A DNA stretch of 50,185 bases from Balneolia bacterium (GTDB lineage: Bacteria; Bacteroidota; Rhodothermia; Balneolales; Cyclonatronaceae). Below, one piece after another: positions 1 to 9,809 of this stretch; the stretch's first letter is position 1; each line of letters starts with the position of its first letter. The stretch spans positions 1 to 50,185 of the forward strand of contig PWID01000176.1 in NCBI GenBank assembly GCA_003555145.1, read 5' to 3'. Under the pieces are notes generated by a model. That model did not search any database and was not told where the DNA came from. It saw only the letters and a program-made list of their open reading frames with translations. Made by a program: the position numbers and the translations under genes.

Positions 1-1
1 C

Positions 2-73
2 TGCTGGCCTGGTGCTCGCGAAGATAAACAACTGTATGAAATGTTTGTTCGTCATATTAGACAGATGCAATAA
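2..73 (+). CDS. 3' end of a GH5 mannanase-like gene, truncated by the window edge (paralog of 624..2168)
   Basis: Manual translation CWPGAREDKQLYEMFVRHIRQMQ* aligns with the C-terminus of the next ORF (CYPGGRNDAELFNNFRNHVQAI); followed by a terminator. Confidence 0.7.
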   Translation, partial: CWPGAREDKQLYEMFVRHIRQMQ

Positions 74-110
74 AATAGTAAGGTAAAATCCTTTCGAAGA
101 ATAATATCTT

Positions 111-142
111 AAGCCGCCCTTTCATAGGAGCGGCTTTTTTTT
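111..142 (+). terminator. Rho-independent terminator
   Basis: AAGCCGC-CCT...AGG-A-GCGGCTT stem followed by a long T run. Confidence 0.85.
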
Positions 143-197
143 GTTGTAAGATATTATTATTAAAATAAATTAATATTGTTTAGGCTTTATTATTCAT

Positions 198-210
198 AAT
201 CAATGAGTTA
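198..210 (+). promoter_or_regulatory. Candidate IHF-type binding site
   Basis: AATCAATGAGTTA is an exact match to the WATCAANNNNTTR consensus, preceded by a very AT-rich tract (~150-197). Confidence 0.4.
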
Positions 211-506
211 GGATAAATTATTGAACATATATTAAGATTTTTTAATGAAATGATTGGGTATAGCCGTAATTTCAGGGGTAGTAAGTCTAAGTTGCAAAAT
301 TCTTAGAAAACGTTGCAGAAATCCAAGTCTCTCAAAACCTTCATACTTTGTGAAGTGCAAGTGAGTGAAGTCGTTACGATGTAAAGTTTTGTGTAATAAA
401 ATTAAGTGGTTAGCCAGATGGAACAGTCTCATCGGATTCAAACATTGTAACGCAATTCAGCCTCAATTGAAATACAAGCTCAACCGTCGAGTTGATTTCT
501 ATTCGT

Positions 507-543
507 AGCAAAAGTTTTGTGTGCGAATGCTCACAAAACTGCT
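507..543 (+). other. Leader hairpin upstream of the GH5 gene
   Basis: AGTTTTGTG (513-521) pairs with CACAAAACT (532-540), extendable by flanking AGC/GCT; no T tail directly after. Confidence 0.45.
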
Positions 544-623
544 TAGAACAACGGAAAATGTGAAAAGCACATCTTTTCTTTCTTCTATACTGCAATACAT
601 TACGGACTCATAATTTTAATTCG

Positions 624-2168
624 ATGAAAATAAATATCATGTTAAGTCTCGCAGCGCTTGTTTTAGTATTCGCGCTAATGGGCTGTGATTCAGTTAACCA
701 GCCAGGCCAGGAAGACGAAAATTCCAGCAGCTATATACCTGAATTAATATCACCTGAAAATGGTGCAAAGTTCACACAATCAACCTTATTTAAGTGGAAA
801 GGCATAAGAGGAGTTGATACTTATCGTTTCCAGCTTGGAATAACTAATGATTTCGAAGAGATTATTCGAGATACGCTTGTTAACGGCAGAACTTTTCTTG
901 AAAATGAACTTACCGAAGCCAGCCAGTATCATTGGCGAGTTAAAGCTGTAAACCAAAACAGTAACCGCCAGTGGTCTGCGTCGTGGGTCATCTACCCTCC
1001 AACAGACCCAATTATAGACCCCATTGATGATTTCGTCCGTGTAGAAAACGGAAAATTCACCGTAGGTGGTGAGGTACTGCGCTTTGTTGGTACAAATGCC
1101 TACTATCTGCCTAATTACGAAAAGATAAATAGTGGCATTGTCGATAATGCTTTTGACTCATTTGAAGAAGCTGGAATTAACGTTATTCGTATGTGGGCGT
1201 TTTACGACGGATACGACTGTGGTTACAGCCAAAATGATCCGAATGAAAATGTTATACAAACATCGCCTGGTGTTTATAGTGAAAGCGCTCTGCAGGATCT
1301 TGACAGAGTTATAGCTAAAGGAAAAGAACGAAACATACGATTCATTCTTCCTTTTATAAACTATTGGGATGAACTAGGTGGTATTTGCCAATATAACACA
1401 TGGGCGGGTGCAGAAAATCCTGGTCGTAATATGGATTTCTTTCTTAACAACGAACAGACCCAGCAGTGGTATAGAGATTATATCGAAATGCTCCTGAATC
1501 GTGTAAATACAGTTACCGGTATAGCTTATAAAGATGAACCGGCAATTATGGCATGGCAAATTATAAACGAAGGCCGTAATCGTCAAAAGCAGCCCGAAAT
1601 CATTAGAGACTGGTATCAGGAAATTGCCCAGTTTATTAAGTCTATTGATAGCAACCACTTGGTTTCTACTGGCGAAGAAGGTTTTGATGAAGGAACGCCA
1701 TCGCAGTATTCAGTAGGTGAATATAGTAACACTTATGTTCTGCGTGCACAGGAAGGAACCAGCTACATTATGAATACAGCTATTCCAGAAATCGATTTTG
1801 GTTCTGCTCACTGGTACCCACAAGACTTTGGCTTTGGTGGTACATGGAATGATAATATGAAAAGAGCTCAGGAAGCTTGGCTTACTGATCACAAAAACAT
1901 TGCAAATTCGTTTGGTAAGCCATTTGTTCTCGGAGAATGGGGACACCATAACTGGACAGATTCTTCTAAAAAAACCATGTATAACAATTTGTATCAGCAT
2001 GCTGAGTCAATTGCCCTTGATGGTAGTATGATATGGCAATTAACAGCAGATGGTACAAAATGCTGGGAGTTTGCGGGTAATATTTGTTACCCTGGAGGCA
2101 GAAATGATGCAGAGTTGTTCAACAACTTCCGAAATCATGTACAAGCAATCAGAAGCATGGAAAATTAA
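624..2168 (+). CDS. GH5 endo-beta-1,4-mannanase-like lipoprotein with an N-terminal Fn3/Ig-like domain
   Basis: Lipobox LMGC; GTNAYYL, VIRMWAF, NYWDELGG, acid/base WQIINEGR, STGEEGF, HWYP and nucleophile VLGEWG motifs typical of GH5_7-like mannanases. Confidence 0.88.
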   Translation: MKINIMLSLAALVLVFALMGCDSVNQPGQEDENSSSYIPELISPENGAKFTQSTLFKWKGIRGVDTYRFQLGITNDFEEIIRDTLVNGRTFLENELTEASQYHWRVKAVNQNSNRQWSASWVIYPPTDPIIDPIDDFVRVENGKFTVGGEVLRFVGTNAYYLPNYEKINSGIVDNAFDSFEEAGINVIRMWAFYDGYDCGYSQNDPNENVIQTSPGVYSESALQDLDRVIAKGKERNIRFILPFINYWDELGGICQYNTWAGAENPGRNMDFFLNNEQTQQWYRDYIEMLLNRVNTVTGIAYKDEPAIMAWQIINEGRNRQKQPEIIRDWYQEIAQFIKSIDSNHLVSTGEEGFDEGTPSQYSVGEYSNTYVLRAQEGTSYIMNTAIPEIDFGSAHWYPQDFGFGGTWNDNMKRAQEAWLTDHKNIANSFGKPFVLGEWGHHNWTDSSKKTMYNNLYQHAESIALDGSMIWQLTADGTKCWEFAGNICYPGGRNDAELFNNFRNHVQAIRSMEN

Positions 2169-2189
2169 TTAAAGCCTGACTACTGTATG

Positions 2190-2222
2190 AAAAAGGGGGA
2201 CTCATTAGAGTCCCCTTTTTTT
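2190..2222. terminator. Bidirectional terminator between the convergent GH5 and activator genes
   Basis: A-run GGGGACTC-ATTA-GAGTCCCC T-run. Confidence 0.9.
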
Positions 2223-3216
2223 ATGCATAATTTTCTTTAGCGTAACGGTCGAGCTTGTTATGAAGCGTTTTTCTTGCAAATCCCAATAATTTAGCTGCTT
2301 CAGTTTTATTGTTGTCTACTGAGCTTAACGTTTCGTTAATTACACGGCGTTCTACTTCTTCAAGAGGTGTTCCCACAGGGATATTAATGAAACCTTTTGT
2401 AGAGTTTGAACTGGTATAGCCAGATACAAAAGACCTCTTCGCTTTAACAGAGTCTGGTAATGAGGCTGAATCGATTTCAGCTTTTTCATTTAAAACCAAA
2501 CATCTCTCAACCGTATTTTTTAGCTCGCGTACATTTCCCGGCCAATCATAGGCCATCATTAATTCGATAGATTCTGTGGAAAAGGTTACTGGCTCCAGCT
2601 TATATTCTTCTTCGTAATGGTTTTTGTAGAAGTCAACCAATAGAGGAATATCTTCCTTACGATGGCGCAAAGGAGGTAAATATAGCTCAACTACGTTCAA
2701 TCTGTAATAGAGATCTTCACGGAAACTTCCGGATTTCACCTGGTCACAAAGTACTTTATTGGTCGCAGAAATAAGTCGTAAATTTACATTTATTTCTTCA
2801 CGACCACCTATTCTTCTGAAAGATCCAACCTCAACGGCACGAAGTAGTTTAACCTGTGCACTTAAACTCATTTCACCTATCTCGTCTAGAAATAAAGTAC
2901 TGTTATCGGCAAGTTCAAAACAACCTTTTTTCTGGTCAAATGCCCCAGTGAATGCGCCTCTTTCATGGCCGAAAAGTTCGCTTTCTACCAAGTCTGAAGG
3001 AATAGCGCCGCAGTTAACAGCAATCATTGGGTTTTCTTTAGATGATCCAAAGTAGTGCAGCATTCTAGCCATTACTTCTTTACCCGTTCCGTTTTCTCCG
3101 GTAATCAGTACGGTTGCATTGGTTCTTCCGATTAATTTTGCTTTATGATTAAGCTCAACCATTAACGGGCTTTGGCTTATCATAACTGGCTTTTGGGGTG
3201 ATGATTCGCTCTTCAT
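2221..3216 (-). CDS. Sigma-54-dependent enhancer-binding protein (AAA+ plus Fis-type HTH) lacking an N-terminal regulatory domain
   Basis: Walker A GENGTGKE, GAFTGA, Walker B LFLDEIGE, FREDLYYRL, WPGNVRELKN and a C-terminal HTH; only 331 aa. Confidence 0.93.
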   Translation of the reverse strand: MKSESSPQKPVMISQSPLMVELNHKAKLIGRTNATVLITGENGTGKEVMARMLHYFGSSKENPMIAVNCGAIPSDLVESELFGHERGAFTGAFDQKKGCFELADNSTLFLDEIGEMSLSAQVKLLRAVEVGSFRRIGGREEINVNLRLISATNKVLCDQVKSGSFREDLYYRLNVVELYLPPLRHRKEDIPLLVDFYKNHYEEEYKLEPVTFSTESIELMMAYDWPGNVRELKNTVERCLVLNEKAEIDSASLPDSVKAKRSFVSGYTSSNSTKGFINIPVGTPLEEVERRVINETLSSVDNNKTEAAKLLGFARKTLHNKLDRYAKENYA

Positions 3217-3641
3217 ATGGAGTAGTTATGCTAGTGTTATCAGGTGCAATAGTTGATTTATATAATGGCAGTGAGTAAAGCTGCTCATTATTTAATAGGG
3301 TGTTATGTGCTTTCTTTTTCTACAGTTCAATTAAAGGAGTTTATTCTGTTATGTAAGTACAAACTTGGGGTGCTTCATTAACAAGTGCATTTTCAATCTC
3401 TCTAAGGGTAGGTTAGAATATTTTTGATGGGACCTTCTAACCCCCTGTGTCTCTGAGATTAATATAATACAGTTCTCAAGTTGATGAAAGGGGCACATCA
3501 TTAGAATACGTTTAACATATATTTCATTATTACTCTTAAAAACGACCCATTAAGTGAAATACGTCCTTTTTAGGGCGCATCAAATCTGGACGCTAATAAT
3601 TAGTTCTTATTCATAATCTGTTTTATAAAAGTTCAAAGAAT

Positions 3642-3678
3642 AAAAAAACAGCCGGACAATCACTCTTATCCGGCTGTT
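3642..3678 (-). terminator. Rho-independent terminator of icmF
   Basis: AACAGCCGGA...TCCGGCTGTT stem with a T run on the minus strand. Confidence 0.85.
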
Positions 3679-3730
3679 AGAAACATATCTTAATGATTTG
3701 GTATATACCTTATACTCTTCTGTGTTAATC

Positions 3731-6700
3731 CTACATATTTCTTCGGTACTGACCACCTACTTCGTATAGGGCTTTGGAAATCTGACCTAGAGAACAGTGT
3801 TTGACGGTTTCCATGAGCTCTTCAAACAAATTCTCATTTTTACGGGCGGTTTCCTTGAGCCTGTTAAGGTATTTGGCTGAAGTATCAGCATTTCTCTTTT
3901 TGAAGGCTTCAAGTGAAGAGATTTGCTGTTGTTTTTCTTCTTCTGTAGACCTTATCAAATCGATTTCTTTTGGCTCCTCGCCTTCCTTCTTGTCAAGGAA
4001 CGTATTTACCCCAATAATTGGAAGCTCACCGTTGTGCTTAAGCGTTTCATAATAAAGGCTTTCATCCTGAATTTTGCCACGCTGATACATGGTTTCCATA
4101 GCCCCAAGCACGCCACCTCGTTCAGTAATTCGGTCAAACTCGGTTAAAATCGCCTCTTCTACCAGATCAGTCAGCTCTTGTATAATGAAGGAACCCTGTA
4201 TTGGATTTTCATTTTTAGCCAGCCCTAGCTCTTTGTTTATGATAAGCTGGATGGCAAGTGCCCTGCGCACAGATTCCTCTGTAGGTGTTGTGATTGCTTC
4301 ATCGTAAGCATTCGTATGCAGAGAGTTACAGTTATCATAAATCGCAAGTAAAGCCTGGAGCGTGGTGCGAATATCATTAAACTGTATTTCCTGTGCATGA
4401 AGCGATCGACCGCTTGTCTGGATATGATACTTCAGCTTCTGAGACCTGTCGTTGGCTGTGTATTTGTTTTTCATAGCAATTGCCCATATACGTCGAGCTA
4501 CACGACCGATGACCGCATACTCCGGGTCAAGGCCATTGCTAAAGAAGAACGAGAGATTATGCGCGAATTCATCTACACTTAGACCTCTCGACAAATAGTA
4601 TTCAACAAATGTGAATCCGTTGGCCAGTGTAAAAGCAGCCTGGGTTACAGGATTAGCTCCTGCTTCAGCAATATGATAACCAGAAATGGAGACAGAATAG
4701 TAATTGCGTACCTGCTTATCTGTGAAATACTGCTGAATATCGCCCATCATCTTAAGGGCAAACTCAGTTGAGAAGATGCAAGTGTTCTGCGCCTGATCTT
4801 CCTTTAAAATATCTGCTTGAACAGTACCTCGAACAACCTTAAGCGTATCAGCTTTTATACGGCCATACGTCTCTTCATCTACAAGCTGATCACCCGTAAT
4901 GCCCAGCATTCCCAAGCCAAAACTATCTGAGTTCTCTGGGATTGCAAGTCCGTATTCAGGTCGTTTAACACCTTTTTCTTCGAAGTAAGCATCAATCCGT
5001 TTATTAGCTTCTTCCCATTTCCCGTTTTCTTTTAACCAGGCTTCAACCTGCTGATCAATGGCCGTGTTCATAAACATTGCCAGTATCATCGGTGCCGGGC
5101 CGTTGATAGTCATAGATACGGAGGTACTCGGCTCTGTTAGGTGGAAGCCAGAGTAGAGCTTCTTCATATCATCGAGCGTGCAAATGCTCACGCCCGAATT
5201 ACCAATTTTACCGTAAATATCGGGTCTGAGGTCCGGGTCTTCACCATAAAGCGTTACCGAATCGAAAGCTGTAGAAAGTCTTTTCGCAGGCAGTCCTTCA
5301 CTTACATAATGAAATCGTTTGTTGGTTCTCTCCGGAGTACCTTCTCCGGCAAACATACGTGCAGGGTCCTCTCCTTCCCGTTTAAATGGGAAAACGCCGC
5401 CTGTATAAGGGAAGAAACCTGGAAGGTTCTCTTTAAGCGCAAAATTAAGACGGTCACCCCAACCTCCAAACTGTGGCAAAGCAACACGCGGAATTTTTAG
5501 TCCGCTCAAAGAAACACGATACATCTCGTTTCTGATAACGCGGTCTCTAACCTTCGTTTCCATCACGTTTTGACGGTATAGCCCGGCTGTTTTATCCCAA
5601 TTGTCGAGAATACTTAGCGAAATTGGATCGAGCTTGGCTCGCCAGTACATTTTCATTTCATCAAGCCGTTCTGTAATGCTGTCTTTGTCGGCTGGATTCC
5701 AATTTTCCAGCTGGGTGATGGTGCCTTCAATTTCATTCAGTTTTGCAGCCGCTTCAGCCTGCTTGTTGGCCCACTGGTGATATTCACGTACCACTTCTGA
5801 TATCTCGGACAAATAACGTACCCTGCTGCCCGGAATAATAGCCTGCTTGTGCAAATCATCAGCCGGTGAGCTATCAGTATATATAGTTGTTTTCCAGTCA
5901 AGGCTGTAATGCTCGTTTATCTTACCAATAAGCGCACAGAATAAACGATTAACGCCTTCATCATTAAACTGAGCCGCTATTGTAGGGTAAACGGGTAAAG
6001 ACAGAGGATCGGCGTGCCATAAGTTTAAATTCCGCTTATACTGCTTCCGAATATCGCGTAATGCATCCTGAGAGCCTTTTTTCTCAAATTTATTGAGTAC
6101 AATCAGATCAGCAAGATCAAGCATATTAATTTTTTCAAGCTGTGTTGCCGCCCCATATTCACTGGTCATCACGTACATGCTCATATCTGTGATGTCGATT
6201 ATTTCCGATTCATTCTGGCCAATTCCACTGGTTTCAACAACCACCAGGTCGAATGATGCAGCTTTACACAACTCAATAGCCCCTAGAATGGCTTCACTTG
6301 TAGCCCGACCAGTAGAGCGGGTTGCAAGACTACGCATATAGATGCGATCATCATAAACCGCATTCATTCGGATTCTGTCGCCTAATAGAGCTCCACCTGT
6401 TTTTCTTTTTGATGGATCGATGGAAATGATTGCCATCGTTTTGTCTTCAAAGTCTGTTAGAAAACGTCTGACCAGCTCATCAGTGAGCGAGCTTTTTCCC
6501 GCACCTCCTGTACCTGTAATACCCAGAACCGGGATTGTTTTCCCATTTTTAGACTGCAATACTTCTTTTCCGCCTTTGTGCAGAAGCATGCCGTCGCGGA
6601 ACGTAAGAATATCATCTATCTTATTTTCGATAGCAGTAATACAACGAGCTAAAACCTTTTTGTCCTTTTGCTTAACTAAAGTCGGATCGACTTTTTCCAG

Positions 6701-7207
6701 GGAAGTGGTTTCATAATCACACTCTTTCATCATCAGGTTTATCATGCCCTGCAGACCTATGGTACGGCCATCTTCAGGACTAAAAATCCTGGACACACCA
6801 TAATCGTGGAGCTCCTTGATTTCCCGGTCTACAATTACGCCTCCGCCTCCCCCATACACACGAATATGAGAGGCCCCTTTTTCACGGAGTAAATCCACCA
6901 TGTATTTGAAGTACTCGATATGCCCGCCCTGGTAAGAGCTGATTGCTATGCCCTGCGCATCTTCCTGTATAGCACACTCTACAATTTCGCCTACCGAACG
7001 ATTATGCCCCAAATGAATAACCTCAGCGCCAGTACTCTGCAAAATCCGGCGCATAATATTAATTGAAGCATCATGACCATCAAACAAACTGGTCGCCGTT
7101 ACAAAACGGATTTTATGATTTGGTTTGTACAGTTCGGGTTGTTCAAAGGCGGCCTGTACAGCCTGCTTCTTGTCTTCTTTTACTTCTTTGATGCTAGTCG
7201 ATGACAT
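3731..7207 (-). CDS. icmF: Fused isobutyryl-CoA mutase / MeaI GTPase chaperone (adenosylcobalamin-dependent)
   Basis: N-terminal B12 domain ([13 protein letters not shown]), GTPase GTGGAGKSS and NKFE, mutase barrel with RMFAGEG and [16 protein letters not shown]-terminal YRRNM. Confidence 0.96.
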   Translation of the reverse strand: MSSTSIKEVKEDKKQAVQAAFEQPELYKPNHKIRFVTATSLFDGHDASINIMRRILQSTGAEVIHLGHNRSVGEIVECAIQEDAQGIAISSYQGGHIEYFKYMVDLLREKGASHIRVYGGGGGVIVDREIKELHDYGVSRIFSPEDGRTIGLQGMINLMMKECDYETTSLEKVDPTLVKQKDKKVLARCITAIENKIDDILTFRDGMLLHKGGKEVLQSKNGKTIPVLGITGTGGAGKSSLTDELVRRFLTDFEDKTMAIISIDPSKRKTGGALLGDRIRMNAVYDDRIYMRSLATRSTGRATSEAILGAIELCKAASFDLVVVETSGIGQNESEIIDITDMSMYVMTSEYGAATQLEKINMLDLADLIVLNKFEKKGSQDALRDIRKQYKRNLNLWHADPLSLPVYPTIAAQFNDEGVNRLFCALIGKINEHYSLDWKTTIYTDSSPADDLHKQAIIPGSRVRYLSEISEVVREYHQWANKQAEAAAKLNEIEGTITQLENWNPADKDSITERLDEMKMYWRAKLDPISLSILDNWDKTAGLYRQNVMETKVRDRVIRNEMYRVSLSGLKIPRVALPQFGGWGDRLNFALKENLPGFFPYTGGVFPFKREGEDPARMFAGEGTPERTNKRFHYVSEGLPAKRLSTAFDSVTLYGEDPDLRPDIYGKIGNSGVSICTLDDMKKLYSGFHLTEPSTSVSMTINGPAPMILAMFMNTAIDQQVEAWLKENGKWEEANKRIDAYFEEKGVKRPEYGLAIPENSDSFGLGMLGITGDQLVDEETYGRIKADTLKVVRGTVQADILKEDQAQNTCIFSTEFALKMMGDIQQYFTDKQVRNYYSVSISGYHIAEAGANPVTQAAFTLANGFTFVEYYLSRGLSVDEFAHNLSFFFSNGLDPEYAVIGRVARRIWAIAMKNKYTANDRSQKLKYHIQTSGRSLHAQEIQFNDIRTTLQALLAIYDNCNSLHTNAYDEAITTPTEESVRRALAIQLIINKELGLAKNENPIQGSFIIQELTDLVEEAILTEFDRITERGGVLGAMETMYQRGKIQDESLYYETLKHNGELPIIGVNTFLDKKEGEEPKEIDLIRSTEEEKQQQISSLEAFKKRNADTSAKYLNRLKETARKNENLFEELMETVKHCSLGQISKALYEVGGQYRRNM

Positions 7208-7265
7208 AGGTAACTTAAGGTCGGTTAGTAACAGTCGGTTTATAAAGTATGTTATGCTTCTTCTG

Positions 7266-7273
7266 CGAAAATA
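7266..7273 (-). promoter_or_regulatory. Candidate -7 promoter box for icmF
   Basis: TATTTTCG, one mismatch from the Bacteroidota TAnnTTTG box, ~60 nt upstream of the ATG. Confidence 0.4.
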
Positions 7274-7347
7274 CTCAATATTGAGCTAATTTGCGTATTA
7301 GGAGTTGTTCAGTTTGTAAAAGGATGAACAATCAGAATGAACCAATA

Positions 7348-9084
7348 TCAATTTTCTTCATCCTGTAGTATATCTGGATCCAGACTCTCCGGAAGTTCGG
7401 TATCTGTTTGTTCAAGACCTTCCAGACCAGTTTCCGGTGCAAATGGATATCTGATCTCTAAATCGCCTTCCATTCTGGAGTGGATTTCAATACTTCTGTT
7501 TATGAAGTAAGGCTCTGCCGCCCTAAAAGGTTCTGGATTTCCTCTGAACCACTCGTCGCTTTGGTTGTCGTCTCTGAATGAAATGATGGTATGAGGGCCC
7601 GGTATTAAATTCTCGACCAATAATTCATTCTCTGTTTCACCTTCAAAAACAACGTTTCCGTTTCTGTCTTTTATGGTTATGAGGTGAAGTATTCCTTCGA
7701 CACGCTGCTCTTCATTAATGGCAATGCGCAGTGAACCCATTCTGGACTGCGCAAATACCGTAGTGGATATGTTTCTGTAAGATGCGCTCAGGTCGTCAAA
7801 TATTCGGACGGTGTAATCACTGCCTTCATCCCATCTGTCTGGAGGATAGATATAGAGCAGATTGTTTTCAGATGTGATGGGCTCCCAGCTTTCAAATATG
7901 GTTTCATCACGAATTACCTCTAAAGAATCGATTACGTTAGTGCCTTCAATAAGGGTCGAAAACTCGAAAACAAACGGCTGATCTTGCCTCACGCCTGATT
8001 CAGTAATATGCCTGATAAGTCTTACCTGGGTGGTATCCGCTTCCGCAGATCCGCTAAAAGCCGGCGAATCTGATCGTGGTTCGTTTCCATGGATATCCGT
8101 AATCCCCTGTGTTTGTAATCTGAAACGCATGCCAGTATCTGAAAGAGGAGACCTCGAATGCGCAAAAACGACGTTTTTCTGATCTTTATCTACATATAAG
8201 GGAACAGCCTCTCCTACTGTATTATTAAGAGAGTCCCTAATCGTAATCGAAGCTTCCGGCTGGATTGCCATATCACGGCTGTAGCGAAGTCTCAATCGCT
8301 GAGAGGAAAATAGACCTGTGCCCTGTAGCTGCGGGCGGGTTGTATCTGGTTCATTTACAAACATGACGCCTAAATCTGCCTGGTCCTGCTGATTAACCTC
8401 AATAAATTCCTTATAAAACGGTCTGGCTGCTTCATTGCTACGGTTCCAGCGATTATTGCGGTTACGGTCATCTACCCAAAGAGCCTTATAACGGCCTGTT
8501 CTCAGATAAGAAAAATTAACGTTTCCCGCAGTATCAGTTTCAGCCACATAGTCGGCCTGAGCTTCGAGATCAAAGGGTTCACGATAAAGAAATACAAACG
8601 CGTCTTTTTTTCCTCTGCCGGTTCGGGCTTCAAGGACTTTACCGGTTATTTCGCCCTCATCAATTGTATCTCCGGTAGACAATGCGAGGACAAAGGGCTG
8701 TGTTAAACGGTTTCTGTTGGTATCACTAAACTCTGTACCAATAGTAAAGATAACAGTCGTGGTATCTGGCAAGGGCTCATCGAACTGCACACGAACCGAG
8801 CGCCCTCTCCAGTTCAGCTCGTAGCGTATACCCACAAGTGGTTCTACCCTGAAAGCTGTAGCAAAAGACTCTCTGTTAACATACTTATCGAAATGAAAAC
8901 GTATTTCATCACCATCAAAATTGACGGTACCATTCATCGGCATGGTCTCAATGATCCGGGGAGGCGTCTGATCTTGTGGCCCGCCAGTTGGCTGTGTTGG
9001 CGTAGCACAGGAAATGGCCAGTACAATTAAAAGTAATGTACCAGCCATCTGTGTTATTCTGGTTTTTAAAAAAAATAGCTTCAT
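7348..9084 (-). CDS. Ig-like (Big_5-type) domain lipoprotein
   Basis: Lipobox AISC followed by ATPTQPTGGPQDQTPP, FDKYV and STGDTID motifs of the conserved Bacteroidota-type family. Confidence 0.85.
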   Translation of the reverse strand: MKLFFLKTRITQMAGTLLLIVLAISCATPTQPTGGPQDQTPPRIIETMPMNGTVNFDGDEIRFHFDKYVNRESFATAFRVEPLVGIRYELNWRGRSVRVQFDEPLPDTTTVIFTIGTEFSDTNRNRLTQPFVLALSTGDTIDEGEITGKVLEARTGRGKKDAFVFLYREPFDLEAQADYVAETDTAGNVNFSYLRTGRYKALWVDDRNRNNRWNRSNEAARPFYKEFIEVNQQDQADLGVMFVNEPDTTRPQLQGTGLFSSQRLRLRYSRDMAIQPEASITIRDSLNNTVGEAVPLYVDKDQKNVVFAHSRSPLSDTGMRFRLQTQGITDIHGNEPRSDSPAFSGSAEADTTQVRLIRHITESGVRQDQPFVFEFSTLIEGTNVIDSLEVIRDETIFESWEPITSENNLLYIYPPDRWDEGSDYTVRIFDDLSASYRNISTTVFAQSRMGSLRIAINEEQRVEGILHLITIKDRNGNVVFEGETENELLVENLIPGPHTIISFRDDNQSDEWFRGNPEPFRAAEPYFINRSIEIHSRMEGDLEIRYPFAPETGLEGLEQTDTELPESLDPDILQDEEN

Positions 9085-9097
9085 TAAATTTGTGTTC

Positions 9098-9703
9098 TTA
9101 ACTGCTCCTCAAATTAAAAAGCAGAAATACGGTTACGCCCGTAGCTGCTACAATGATAGCCGGTTGCCCATACGTTCGCCAGCGGTTGGTTACGGGGATT
9201 TCGTGCGTATCCTGGAAACGGACTGCGGTCCAGTCACCTTCAAGTTCACTTCTAAGATTAAATGGAACCTGGTCTGAATACTTAAAGGTAAACTTTTCGG
9301 TGTTACTAAGGTTCTGATCTTCATCGCTAAGATATAGTTGAACTTCGGCGCTTAGAGTACGGTCAGCCAGGTCACGGTCAATCTGGCGAAGGCTGTTTTC
9401 GCTGTAAATCATAAGCTGAAGGTGCTTGCCCATATTTTCGTTTCCAAGACGAACCTGTTTATCCATATCCAGAAGCTGCTGGAAAATAATCATCCTGCTT
9501 CGATCCGGTATATTAGAACTAAACCTGAACGGCTGGTTCAGATTACGAATGATTTCGCTTTGCCTAATGAGGTCTTGAATTTCGCTTAGTACTATTCCTT
9601 CATTATCTTCGTGAGCATGCGACGATTCCTGAGCTGTTGCTTCAATACATGTTAAAACTAGCATTAGAATTAAAATCGCCGAAATACATATTGTACGGTA
9701 CAT
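9098..9703 (-). CDS. Hypothetical exported protein with a C-terminal hydrophobic anchor
   Basis: Start moved to MYRTICI, which gives a signal peptide ending ATA-Q; C-terminal PAIIVAATGVTVFLLF; 13 bp from the downstream gene. Confidence 0.75.
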   Translation of the reverse strand: MYRTICISAILILMLVLTCIEATAQESSHAHEDNEGIVLSEIQDLIRQSEIIRNLNQPFRFSSNIPDRSRMIIFQQLLDMDKQVRLGNENMGKHLQLMIYSENSLRQIDRDLADRTLSAEVQLYLSDEDQNLSNTEKFTFKYSDQVPFNLRSELEGDWTAVRFQDTHEIPVTNRWRTYGQPAIIVAATGVTVFLLFNLRSS

Positions 9704-9809
9704 TGCGAAAGATATATGAGTGTGACTGTTTTTGTCTTTAATGAGACCTGCTAAAAGTAAAGAATAAACGCGTGTCGTTAAAATAGACAATCACCTTAAC
9801 TAAATTCCT

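Noticed and set aside
232-595. Two minus-strand ORFs (69 and 61 aa) in the GH5 leader
   Set aside because: No recognisable motif, atypical composition, mutual overlap; consistent with chance ORFs in an AT-rich spacer.
3491-3506. GGGCAC-N-TAGA sigma-54-like element on the + strand
   Set aside because: The -12 element is poor (TAGA instead of TTGC) and no gene lies downstream on that strand.
7208-7347. Possible cobalamin riboswitch upstream of icmF
   Set aside because: Only 140 nt of spacer and no B12-box-like motifs.
9773-9789. TGTC-N9-GACA palindrome upstream of pncB as an NAD-regulator operator
   Set aside because: The arms are only 4 bp, the spacing does not match the NrtR or NiaR sites I recall, and no regulator gene is nearby.
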